DNA of 64,000 bases from Utricularia gibba (Eukaryota; Plantae; Magnoliophyta): assembly GCA_002189035.1 (NCBI GenBank), contig NEEC01000018.1, forward strand, positions 868,001-932,000, in the 5' to 3' direction. Of this stretch, positions 23,017-34,973 are shown piece by piece. Under the pieces are notes generated by a model that was not told the DNA's origin, did not search any database, and saw only the letters and a list, made by a program, of their open reading frames with translations. A program made the translations under genes and the position numbers. How positions within the stretch are numbered: the stretch's first letter is position 1; every line of letters starts with the position of its first letter.

Positions 23017-26000
23017 CGGGTTAGATATGATTTATTAGATATATCACATTTCCCATTATCTAAACATATTTATTTGTGACATAGAGTCATTTCTATTTTT
23101 CTTTAAGCTAATATTGAAATCTTATGGAGTCCTAGTTGATTTCATCTCATGTAAATTAAACTTCTTTAAAAGTTTCTCAATATAATGACTTTGACTCAGT
23201 AGAAACTCTTCTTCATTTCTCACAATTTTGATACTCAGTATATATTTAACTTCACTCATGTACTTCATCTCAAATTTAAAGGCTACGAATTTCTTGGCAT
23301 CTAGCACTGTATCTAGGTTTAGTCTAAAGATCATTATATCATCTACATATAGGATTATGATCACACATTGATCATTAAAAGTCTTAAAGTAAATACATCT
23401 CTCGATTGGATTTGATATGAAGCCTAATGATATTATGACTTCATCAAATTTTTCATGCCACTGTTTAGGTGCTTGTTTCAAGCCATACAATGATTTCTTT
23501 AGTCGACACACTTTGTGTTCATCTCCTATGTTTATACAACCCTCAAGCTAAAACATGTAAATTTCTTCCTCCAATTCACCATTCAAGAATGTCATTTCGA
23601 CATCCATTTGATGAATTGTCCAATTGTGAACATATGCCATTGCAAAGAGTACTCGTATGGTAGATGAGTGAACCACTAGGGCAAAATGTCTCAAAGTAGT
23701 CAACACCAGGTTTCTAAATGAACCATTTGCTACAAAACGAGCCTTGTATTTGTCTACTTTATCATTTTCCATAAACTTTTTCTTAAAGATCTACTTGCTC
23801 CTAATTGACTTTCCCTAGAGTGTAGGTCTACTACTTCCCATACCATGTTCTAATTGATCGAATCCATTTAAATCTGAATGGACTCCATCTACAATGAAGC
23901 ATTTGGAGAAGTAATCACATCACGATAGGTCAGAGGATCTTCACTGATGAGATATACATAGACAAAGTTATCACTGAAGCTAGACTCTATTCTCTGCATT
24001 TTACTTCGTCTTAGAGTCACTTCTTCCAATGATTCATTGGTTTCAACAGTTTCAGTGGTAGGAGTGTCATCACCCCCATCTCGTTGTTTTCCTGCTAGAG
24101 GAAAAATGTGCTCAAAAAAATTCTACATTCTTTGTTTCTAGTATGGTATGCTGATCAAGGACATCACTCTTGATCACAAGAAATCGATATACAACACTCT
24201 CTTGTGCATATCCTATGAACATACAATCAAATGTTTTTCACTTAATTTTCTTTTTCTTAGGATTAGGTAACATCACTTTTGCTAAACACCCCCACACCTT
24301 TAAATACTTAAGGTTTGGTGTGTAGCATTTCTATATTTCATATGGAGTTTTACTCGTTTTCTTATGCAGGATTCGGTTTTGAACATGACAAGCTATGAGA
24401 ATCGCTTCCTCTCACATTTCATTTGGAGTGCTAGAAGTAATCAGCATTGAATTCATCATTTACTTCAATGTTTTATTCTTCCTCTCAACAACTCCATTGA
24501 CTCAAGGGAGTAGGGAAGCTTCTTCTCATATATTATTCCATGCTTATCACATAAGTCTTTGAATAATACATACTCAACCCCTTTATCATATTTGATTTTC
24601 TTTATTTTCTTGTCAAGTTGGTTTTCTACCTTAACTTTAAATAGCATAAACTTATCAAATGTTTCAACAAGTACACACGAGCATATATAGAGCAATCATC
24701 AATAAAAGTAACCATAAACTTATTATCAACTCTAGATACACACATCTTATAATCATATACATCCGAATAAATCAATGCAAGCAATTCAGATTCTCTACTC
24801 ATGAAAAAGTATGATTTCTTAATCATTTTCACCTTGACTCAAGTCTCACACTTAGCAGGTAGCTCATGTAATTTAGGAATTAAATCTAATTGTTGCATCT
24901 TTTTCATATAGGCATAGTTAACATGATCTAGTCTAATATGCAAAATATCAAAAGAACATATCAGGTAGGCAGAATCATCTTTATTCTAAAAAATAACAAA
25001 AGCATTCATCACATACAACTCCTGACTACCAATGTATCTATTGTTCTTCATCACCGCAACTGCCCCATTGCCTAAGTTGATATTTAAATCATACTTATCT
25101 ATCTTGATAACTGAGATGACATTGGTTTTTATGATATGAGTATGTAGCACATTCCTCAAAAGGACAATCTTCTATGAGGTAAACTTTAGAGTGACTTATT
25201 CCTTTCAAGACATTAGAGTAGTAGACTTGAGATCAAACTTGATCATGTGATTGTCACTCCCCTTTCAAGACATTAGAGTAGTAGACTTGAGAGCAAACTT
25301 GATCATGTGATTGTCACCCCCAAGTGGACTATAGGAGAAGAAATACTTTTTCTTTGAGCTAACATGATGGTTTTCTCCTGAGTCCATGATCCAGTCACCA
25401 TTGGCCTCAATTAGATTCAAATAACCAAGTATGATGACAATCACTTCATCATTATCATCCTCATGAGCCATGTTAACATTAGCTTCGGGAGGCTCATTAC
25501 TAGGTTTGCCAATCTTCCTGTACCTGCATTGTGCTGCATAATGCCCTATCTTATTACAAACAAAACAATGCCACTTTTTTAATACTATCGTTAGTAGGAG
25601 CTAAAACAATATGAGAACTAATATCAGAATTTTTCGAGCGAGATTTGTACCTCTCTTGTTTATTATTGAGTACATTCGCCTAGTACTCATAATTGATAGG
25701 TTTCTTCCCTATTTTCCTCTACCTCTCTTCAATGACAATGTGGTTGATCAAGTGATTCGGAGTCATCTTGCAATCAAATTGATGAATCCTTACCTTGTAA
25801 TCATCCCATCCTCATAAAAACGACCATGTTGTCCAAGAGGCAATGGAATTCATTGATCTGGACAACCACCTCCTTGTCATCATACATCTTTCATTGCAAG
25901 AAATCGATGACTGCAAATCGAGATTTAACGGCCTCCTCTATAGTGTACTTGGCAGTCATCGACTTCCATATGAAGGTAGCATCTTTGTAGACTATATACA

Positions 26001-26745
26001 TATCGAAGAGACTATCAACAAGGGCAGTAATTATGATATGACAACATACCCAATTTGCCCAATCCTAGTCCACATCAAGGATCTCAGAACCTACGGCTTC
26101 TTGTTTGGTGACATCGAGAGCCCAAACGATGCTATGCATGTCCAACAACTCAAAGATCCGATCTTTTCAGCATTGGAAGTTCTTTCCATTAAAAGAGGTC
26201 GATCTTTACAATTCAGAGAACTGGCGATCAACAACTGGGATTCAGAGATAGATCGCAAACACCAAAGGTAACCCGAGGCAGATAGGTCGAGGTAAGTAGA
26301 TTATGTACAATGTTTTTATGCTGTGGTGGCACTAGGACCAAATCTACAGTAGGAAGGACCATCGGGGTTGGTATGGCATCAATGAACATTGCATGGGTAA
26401 CCGGAGGTGCGAACAATGTTAGAGTAGGGTTTTTCGAAGGGGCATTAGTTGGATCCATGGAGATACTCCTTTAGATTATTGATCAAAACATCAAGCATGT
26501 AAAATACTGTCCGAAATGATTTTTTGAGGTTTGCACCTCCTCTTGCGCATAACATTTTTAGGTTTTGGGGTCCTCTAAACACTCAACCTAATCTAATAAA
26601 TTAGAACCTTATGTGCGTGCGAGACCAAACTCACTCTCAAGTCCATCAAAGTTAATGGGTTGACTTCCTTTGTAAATTAATTGAAAACCATTTCAACTAG
26701 CAATGTGAGATAACCATCCTTTTTTTCAATACATTTATTCCAACA
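23017..26745 (-). mobile_element. Degenerate Ty1/copia LTR retrotransposon, 3'-truncated (no RNase H or 3' LTR)
   Basis: Minus-strand order: gag (SFNGKNF..., WKSMTAKY..EEAVK), CCHC knuckle CFVCNKIGHYAAQC, protease WIMDSG, integrase (H.RL.HVN, FMVTFIDDCS), RT (YKARFVA.G, QMDVEMTFLNGELEEEIYM, LKKSLYGLKQAPKQW, LYVDDI, IMG..IYL....PDI). Many stops and frameshifts. A candidate 5' LTR begins TGTTGGAA at 26745; no PBS recognised. Confidence 0.88.
25201..25320. repeat. 60-bp tandem duplication inside the copia protease region
   Basis: 25201-25260 and 25261-25320 differ at only 2 positions. Confidence 0.95.
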
Positions 26746-28466
26746 AAAGTAAACGTAATGTTTATATTTTAAATATTCAACTTAAAGTCAACTCATCATA
26801 TGAGTTGATATGTAATTCGACGATTATATTTTTTATATTAACTTCAAATTTGGCTCGTGATTTGGTGAGTGTTAAATCCTGTCGTGGGCTACGTGGTGCA
26901 TTTTGTGAAAGCTGCCCTCCTCTCTTTATTCCTATATAAATAGAAATTGTGGTCACAAACTCTGAACCCGCACTCAACCTCTCAACAACTGTGTAATAAA
27001 AATAACATTAGGTAGCGGCTATGATGATAATGGGAACAACATGAGGACGTATAACACCATTAATGTGTTCGTCAGCATCAGCCACCCTACCAACCGTTAA
27101 CTCAATTTTGGAAACACTAATATACATTAACGTCAAATAAAAGTACAAAATTATGAAACCCAAGTAAAGCAAAAATGCTAAATATTGATACCAAATCGAT
27201 AATTAATGATGTTATAATTAAATATAAGGGACGTCCATTTATAAAATTTACCATCCTTTTTATTCTCTCTTACACGTTAAGTTAAAATTTTTTAAGTGAA
27301 AGCGATCATTTTTTTTCATAAAATTAATCAATGATGATCAAATTTGTAATAAACCTTCCATACATACCCGTTAGCAATGGGCTTTGATTCATGGAAGAAG
27401 AAAGGTGCAAGACTCTCACGTAGGAGTTTAATGGCAAATGGGTGCTTCTCATTATTACTGGAAAATGGTGTGCTCCCTGGGGCCAATGTCTTCCATGGGA
27501 AGAGAAGATAGAGATGAAGCTGGTGTCCCAATAATTAGCCGCATCGCAATGCATGTGTATGAGTTCTTGTCTTCTAGGAAGTAGGAGCCTTTCTAAATGG
27601 GCCAAGGTAGTATGAATAAACAGATACTGCTGCTTCTGGTTGCGCCCTCAAATCACCCTTCTCTTATCTACAATTCGTCCTTCATCTGCTGCACACATGC
27701 TAAAAGGATTAAGTTTCATGGAGAAGCGGAATGCAAGGCCTGGGGATCAGTCTTGAAAGCATCATGTGACATTCTCAACTGATATGGCACAAGATGGAAT
27801 TGACAAGATGGGCGCTGGGGCATAAGAATGAGGGTGAAGCAAAGAGTCGTGGAGGGTAGCGCAGGCAAACCAACCTCTCTTTATCCACTTGGGATGTGGA
27901 TGGAGATCCGGACTCGTAGATGCACAATTCAAATCCTGTCCCATAAATGGTACGCAGGGTTCTGCTGCCGGGAAAGACTTTGTGAACATCCATGTGTTTG
28001 TTGACAAAATGTCTGGCTCCAGTTTGACCTTATCCTCTGTGTTTCTCTGGTCTGCAAGCTTTTCATTTCAATCCACAGAATGAGTTAGCTGCAAGAGTAG
28101 ATGGAGTATGAATAAATGGCACTTTATGAAGCAAATAGTGATGTGCTGCTGACACAAATTTCTATTAGGAGTGAATCAGAAACTTCCTCAAATAATTTGA
28201 AACATAGCAGTTATTGCAAGTCTTTGAAATCTATCAGGACAATAGAAGATGGAAAACCCCCTAGTTGTCTTAAACAGATTAAATGCCCCACCATGAGGGC
28301 TGTTACCCTGTGCTGGTGTGTCTAAACCCCACATAGGGCATATATTTGTTGTTGCTGTCGTGCAAACTCGGATACACTATAAATATCACAAATGAAGTTG
28401 TAGAAATGCACACATCAAACAGTTTCCTCGTATCTCGTTAGAATAAAAAATAGTAATAATTCTCAA

Positions 28467-30020
28467 ATGTTGTCCAACAAGGTTACCAGCAAGTCTCATG
28501 GGGAAGATTCTCCTTACTTTCTGGGGTGGCAAGAATACAAGAAGAATTCCTATGATCCTGTGAAAAATCCATCTGGGATTATTCAAATGGGCCTGGCTGA
28601 AAATCAGGTAGTCTGCATCGGCTTGATCAACAATAAGTTAAATGGGTCTGTGATACATCATTCCTGTTCTGGGTGCAGCTTTCGTTCGACCTCCTGGAAT
28701 CCTGGATAGGAACAAACCAGGAAACGTGCTCGTTTATGAACAGGGGTGAATCCATGTTCATGGACTTGGCTCTTTTCCAGGATTACCATGGTTTGCCTAC
28801 GTTTAAGATGGTAAGAAAAATATTTTACCCTTCCCTCTTGTCCAAGGAGGTTCCAAGAAATATGGATCATTTCATTGTGATATCTTTGTTTCCCAGGAAT
28901 TGGCGGAATACATGTCTGAAATAAGAGGAAACAAGATAAAATTTGACCCAAATAAGCTTGTTCTTACCGCTGGCGCAACATCAGCAAATGAAGCCATTGC
29001 ATTTTGCCTTGCTGAACCAGGGGAAGCCTTCTTGATCCCTACTCCGTATTATCCAGGGTATGAATAATCATGTCCCCTGTATACAAAATATGAACTTTCA
29101 GAATATAAATCATCAACCTGAGTGCGCCGCTAGTTGCTGTCTAATTTTTCAGGTTTGATAGGGATCTAAAATGGAGAACTGGTGTGGAAATAATCCCGAT
29201 CATCTGCACCAGCTCAAACCATTTTAGAATCACGGGTTCTGCTCTGGAAGAAGCCTACCAGAGATCCCAGGAACTTAATCTGAAAGTTAAGGGAATCTTT
29301 ATTACAAATCCTTCAAATCCATTAGGCACAACTATGAGTCAAGAAGAGTTAAACCTCCTGATCACATTTTCCATCAGCAAGAACATTCACATAGTTAGTG
29401 ACGAAATATACACAGGCACTGTGTATGACTGTCCAAAGTTCTTAAGCATCTACGAAGGTTTAAACAAGAGTTCAGTTTATAGGAAGGAGTCCATTTGGGG
29501 CCAAGTTCACATTGTTTCAAGCCTTTCAAAGGATTTAGGCTTACCAGGATTCAGGATTGGTATGATCTATTCCAACAACGAAGCCCTGATACAGGCTGCT
29601 ACCAAGATGTCTAGTTTTGGGCTTGTTTCCTCACAATCCCAATTCCTCCTGTCAAGAATTTTAGCTGACAAGAGATTTGTAGCAAGATACATCAGTGAAA
29701 ACCGAAAAAGGTTGAATACAAGGAAGAAGATGCTGGTGTCTGGTTTACAAAAACTAGACATCCAGCGTCTGGAAAGTAATTCTGGATTATTCTGCTGGGT
29801 TGACATGCGACATCTGCTAAGTTCAAAATCTTTTCAAGGTGAAATTGAGCTATGGAAGCAAATGCTTTACAGATTCAGGTTGAATGTTTCACCTGGTTTC
29901 TCCTTCCATTGTTCAGAACCTGGGTGGTTTCGGTTTTGCTTTGCAAACATGGAAGAGGAAACGCTTGATCTCGCAATCCAAAGGCTTAAAGCCATGATGG
30001 ATTCCATGTCTTCAAAATAG
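28467..30020 (+). CDS. ACS: 1-aminocyclopropane-1-carboxylate synthase with a short C-terminus
   Basis: Exons 28467-28607, 28679-28810, 28897-29057, 29153-30020. Conserved boxes [63 protein letters not shown] (PLP lysine), [10 protein letters not shown]. Confidence 0.96.
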
Positions 30021-30393
30021 CTTTGGATTTCCAGGATCACTACAAAAAAGAACTACCAGCACATATCCAGACTATGATCTCTGTTGATGCAACGTGTTGA
30101 ACAGTTTCCTGCCTCTAGTTCCCTAGTATGCGATTACAACAGTAATATACCAATCACAATTTTCTAGTTTTCTCTCAATCTTCAACAAAGTTTCAAAAAA
30201 ACAATGTTACCATGATTAGTTAAGATAATCTACTAACACACTAAATATAAAATTGTATATCCATGCGCTTCCTTTTTTCGTAATGAATCAAAAAGGACTA
30301 TCTCAACACCCCAGCTATATTGGGACGAAGGTTGTGTTGGGATTTCCGAAAAAAGAGAAAAAAATTAAGATAAAAGAAGCATGATGATCTACA

Positions 30394-32790
30394 CTACCAG
30401 TAGTTGCCGCAAGAGCATTGACCATCCTTGAAGTGATGGAATCTCTTTCCATCTCTCACGACGATCTCTCTCTGCTCTGCTTTGGCTATCAACTTGATAG
30501 CAGTGTGGCAATCCCCACAGATCCGAAGGTTCTTAAACACTCTGATGGTGGCTCTAGCAGGAAGTTTCAAGATCCCGTAGACAACAGCAAGCTTCTCGCT
30601 GTGCGTTGACAGAGCTTCTTCCTTCTGTTCTGATTCCATGTCATGTAACACGTACTTCGTATCTGGGACATACCCAAGTTTCCTTAGCCTCTGCACCAGC
30701 TCCTTCAAGTAGCTGTAGATTGTGTGCACCTCAGGGTGCATTGTGTCGTCTACTAAGAATACATGTATCTTGCTTTCGACCTCCAGCCAACTGCAAGCGG
30801 GCTCTTTCTTCACACCTTGTTCTCGCATCCGTTTCCGCACCATAGCTACTTGCTCCCACCTGCCTGCTGTGGCGAAAATGTTGGCAAGGAGAATGTAGGT
30901 GCCATCGTTTTCTGGAGTCAACTCGAACAGTTGTTCAGCGGCATAGACACCAAGATCCATGTTGCCATGAAGCCTGCAACCAGAAAGTAGAGGTTCCCAT
31001 ATTGGCGCACCAGGCTGAAAAGGCAAGGTTTTGATTACATTCATTGCTTCCAAAAGTTTTCCAGCTCTACAAAGGAGATCAATCAGACGGGCATAATGAT
31101 CTTCGCCTGGAGTTATTCCAAAAGTCGACATCATGGAATCAAAATATCTCTGCCCTTGCTCAACCAAACCTGCATGACTGCAAGCAGACAGTACAGTAAG
31201 GAAAGTGATTCGGTCTGGAAATATATGCTCTTCCAGCATCTCCTCAAAAAAATCAGTGGCTAGGTTGCCATGCCCATGCTGTGCAAGAGCTGAAAGCATC
31301 GCATTCCAAGACACAGCATCTAAATAGGGCATGGTGTCAAACACATTTCTTGCATCATGGAGCACACCGCACCTAGAATACATTGTTATTAGAGCATTCC
31401 CAGCAGAAAGGCTGGAATCAAAGCCTTGTTCAATGAGCTGTGCATGGAGTTGCCGACCTTGTTCTAAAGCTGCCAGCAAAGAGCAGGAGATTATTGCTCC
31501 TGCAAAAGCATAGTCGCAGGGCTTATGCTCATGCGACCGCATCATGTTGAAAAGTTTCAGAGCTTCTTCACCAGAACCAAGTTGCGCTAACCCTGAAATC
31601 ATCACTGTCCAGGATAAGTCATTTTTTTGTGGCATATTATTGAAAATACATCTTGCTTCATGAAGTTTCCCTGCACCCACATAGGCCGATAATATTGCAT
31701 TACATGAAACAAGATCCTTGCTCGAAGCACTATCAAATATCTGCCTTGCTTGGGAGATTTTGTCACATTTCCAATAGAGCGTAATCAAAGCATTGTTGAC
31801 GGATACAACAAAGTCTGAAGCAGCTTTTGATTCTGTCTTAAGGATATAACAATGCAGCTCTTTCCCGTGAAGAAATAACCCTGAATCTGCACAGGTACTA
31901 AGAACGCTCGTATAGGTAAAATCATCATACATTATCCCTGCGGAATGCATCTTTCTAAACAGATCAAACACCTCAAGCACCATTCCCTTTTGCGCATAGC
32001 CAGAAATTAAAGCATTCCATGCCACCACCAACTTTTCATTCATCCCATCAAACACTTCCCTAGCAGCATCAAGATTATCATTCTTCACATACCCAGTTAT
32101 GATCGTTGTCCATGATAACTCATCCTTATGATGCATCCCATCAAATAACTCCTTGGCTGCGACCATCAATGTAGACGAAGATTGCAATCCCCAGGATGCA
32201 CACTTCACATAAACTGATATGAGAGCATTCAACACTGAAGTAACTAACCCACAACCGGATTTCACCACAGCACAATGCAGCTGCTGGCAGTGGTTCTCAC
32301 GCTCAACAATAAGAGACAACGCCCCAAGCACACTCGTATATGTAAAATTATCTGGTACAAACCCATCTCGCTTCATTTCATTAAAGAGCTTCAATGCAGC
32401 ATGACCATCATCATTATGCGAATAGCATGTGATCATAGAGTTATAAAAAACAGTATCACGGATCCGCAAAGGCGTATTGTCAAATACCTCTCTTGCAGCC
32501 TTCGGATTCCTCGACGAAGAATAAGCAGTAATCAAAGTTGTTCTCGCAATGATATCTGGTTGTGGGATTTCATCAAACATCCTTTTGGCATAGTCAAAAT
32601 TGGAGGATTTACAATAGATATCAATCAGACGATTAAGAATGTGGCCTCGTGGGCTGAACCCAGAAGTGATCATGTGTCCATGGACTCCACTGGCGAGAGC
32701 CATCCCATTCGGTCCCTTCTCAAAACACAGGAGTAGCTTGCCTGCATAAAGGTTTGCCAATGCGCCGACATCCCACGTTAGACGGCAATA
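30394..32790 (-). CDS. PLS-E-DYW pentatricopeptide repeat protein (organellar C-to-U editing factor), At1g25360/OTP90-like; start codon uncertain
   Basis: About 800-aa open frame of PLS repeats with an E domain (KKEPACSW) and DYW domain (HSEKLA, CGDCH, CSCGNYW). The ORF-track start at 32805 is TTG. The first in-frame ATG is at 32703; a possible upstream coding exon lies at 33451-33401. Confidence 0.92.
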   Translation of the reverse strand, partial: YCRLTWDVGALANLYAGKLLLCFEKGPNGMALASGVHGHMITSGFSPRGHILNRLIDIYCKSSNFDYAKRMFDEIPQPDIIARTTLITAYSSSRNPKAAREVFDNTPLRIRDTVFYNSMITCYSHNDDGHAALKLFNEMKRDGFVPDNFTYTSVLGALSLIVERENHCQQLHCAVVKSGCGLVTSVLNALISVYVKCASWGLQSSSTLMVAAKELFDGMHHKDELSWTTIITGYVKNDNLDAAREVFDGMNEKLVVAWNALISGYAQKGMVLEVFDLFRKMHSAGIMYDDFTYTSVLSTCADSGLFLHGKELHCYILKTESKAASDFVVSVNNALITLYWKCDKISQARQIFDSASSKDLVSCNAILSAYVGAGKLHEARCIFNNMPQKNDLSWTVMISGLAQLGSGEEALKLFNMMRSHEHKPCDYAFAGAIISCSLLAALEQGRQLHAQLIEQGFDSSLSAGNALITMYSRCGVLHDARNVFDTMPYLDAVSWNAMLSALAQHGHGNLATDFFEEMLEEHIFPDRITFLTVLSACSHAGLVEQGQRYFDSMMSTFGITPGEDHYARLIDLLCRAGKLLEAMNVIKTLPFQPGAPIWEPLLSGCRLHGNMDLGVYAAEQLFELTPENDGTYILLANIFATAGRWEQVAMVRKRMREQGVKKEPACSWLEVESKIHVFLVDDTMHPEVHTIYSYLKELVQRLRKLGYVPDTKYVLHDMESEQKEEALSTHSEKLAVVYGILKLPARATIRVFKNLRICGDCHTAIKLIAKAEQREIVVRDGKRFHHFKDGQCSCGNYW

Positions 32791-34620
32791 CTGGCCAGTA
32801 CACAAATGTTATCAACAAAATGCAGAGGACAAGGAAAAATATAAGTTGTTGTTAACAGCTCGCACCATTGTTTTGAAAACCAGTCAACCCGCCACTACAA
32901 ATCTACCAGGAATGCCCCATACCTGAAAGTCCATGTCAATGATTATTCAAGAATAAAAAGAAGTTGAAGTAAGAATTCCCTGATATACCTGTAATTAACA
33001 GCCAACATGAATAGGCATGATGAGAACTCTGGAACTACCCACCTTTCCACTGTTGTTCAAACAGATTTATTTGCAAAATATCCTGTTTACACAAATTCCT
33101 CAGTCAAATAACACGGCAACCTTAAACAATGTAGACAAAAATTTGAACAAGAATCAGACAGATACCAAATAAATTCAGCTGTGTCAAATGCAGAACTTAT
33201 CGTTATCAAAATTTACCCTTACAACCAACTGCCATGACCACACACAAGAACTGAGCCTTTACTTCTCGGTTCTGTGATCATTTCACGAGAACTTTATTTA
33301 AAAAAAGAAGAATGACTTTTTACATATTTAACAGAGGAATACAATAAAAAAAATGCAATCACAACATAAGTAAACAACGGCAGCAGTCTCTGAACCTTAC
33401 CGGCTTCTCTTCCACCATCCGATCCTCCATAGTTCCGGGGAATTTATCCATCTTCGGAAGGGAATCGACAATTCCCCCCTTGAAGTGGCACGCAACAATC
33501 TCAAGAACTGAGCATTCCTGAAAGTTTCTTCAACTCCATGGCCTTCGTCTTCAAACCCAAGCCGTTTCCCGTATCCCCGGCACCGTCTCCAAACCCAAGC
33601 CGACACCACGTCCTCCACCGATGTATGTATTGTGGGTAACCATTATTTCGGCCCACAATTGGTGGGCCTTGCAAATCTTGGCCCAACGACCCTTCCTTTA
33701 CGCAAAAATATTTTTTTCAAGTAATTTTTGTTATCATTTTGTTTCAAGTAATTAATGTGCTTATCTAAATTGTACTCACACTGTTAGAGGTGGACACAGA
33801 TAAGGATCAACTTGAATATATGAAGCATCCACCCATTACAAGTCAGACTCATTTTCTGTAATCCTAAAAAACGGATACGGAATAAATCTGTAGTTCTCTA
33901 GTATGATTGTATTCAATGACTTAAATAAGTTGGGTCTGAACGTAACTCAATAACAAAAAAAAAAATGTATTTTGTTATCAAATTAGTTAGGCCCATAACT
34001 TGTAAATTAAATCTAATTTACACTAATATATATAAATTATGTAAGAATCTAATTCAACTGGTGGTTTAGCATGTCAATCCATATTCGAAAATCGTAATTT
34101 TTTAGGTTAACTTGATAGATTTAACACGTGACTCATCTGAGTTGGGCTCGTATCCACCTTGTACTGTAGTGACATCTCTCTCATTTTGAGAGTGGTGCAA
34201 AATTGTTCTAATGCATTTATATGTAGTTTGGATCACAAAGCTTCTGGTTTAGGATTTTACTTGGCTAAAATTTGTCGTTGCTCAACCATGACGTAATCTC
34301 GCAGGATGTATTTGAAAAAAATGAAGATACGGGCACAAAGTGTATAACAAGAATAACTATCCCATATGTAATTTTTTCGCATTCTAGAATGTTTTATCAC
34401 AGAGTGTTTTTTATAGCGTTTCTCAACAAAATTTTCATCTGTCAGTGAAAATAAAAATATGTGAATCCCGTAGACATTCCTTTTATTCAAGAAAATTCCC
34501 AAACAAAAGAAGAGAAAAATCCCAGGTTTCTGTCAAAACGCCCCTTGAGAGAATAGTGATAATGTTCAAATTCAGAGTGCATATAAACCATACAGGATCC
34601 AAATCAAAGGGGTGGAGAAT

Positions 34621-34973
34621 TTACGGGGATTGAATGGGATCTAGGACAGCAACAGCGGCACTCTCCGCCGCAGCAACGGCGGACTCCTCCTCCTCCACGG
34701 CAAAACTCCACTCCGCCGGCAGAGGTGGAAGCGGGGGATACACCGTGGGACCCCGCCTTCGGATGTCCGAAGGATTAGTCTTCCGGGTCGGGTTTTCATG
34801 TGATGCTTGGTGGCCTTCTTCTCTGGCCTCGACGAGCACTCTATCACCAGCCCACAACCGCCGCTGCCAATGCAATGAACCTGCGCATGCGCCGGCGGGA
34901 ACCGCTCGGACACGGTGGACAACGGAGGAGCCACCGAGAATCTGGAACCGAGTGCGGCGGAAACCGGCGACAT
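34621..34973 (-). CDS. PSRP6: Plastid-specific 50S ribosomal protein 6 (cL38) with a one-base frameshift
   Basis: Transit-peptide-like N-terminus plus VIECSSRPEKKATKHHMKTRP in one frame; RKTNPSDIRRRGPTVYPPLPPLPAEW in the adjacent frame. The span is 353 nt; adding one base at the G run 34785-34787 gives a 117-aa protein. Confidence 0.9.

Noticed and set aside
32275-32736. Opposite-strand ORFs over real genes (e.g. 32275-32736, 5222-5629, 14202-14531, 17366-17704, 57974-58294, 63151-63669)
   Set aside because: These are antisense or alternative-frame shadows of GC-rich coding exons, with no recognisable domains.
33785-34163. hAT-type MITE (TAGAGGTGGAC ... ATCCACCTTGTA)
   Set aside because: The TIR match is partial and no convincing 8-bp TSD was found.
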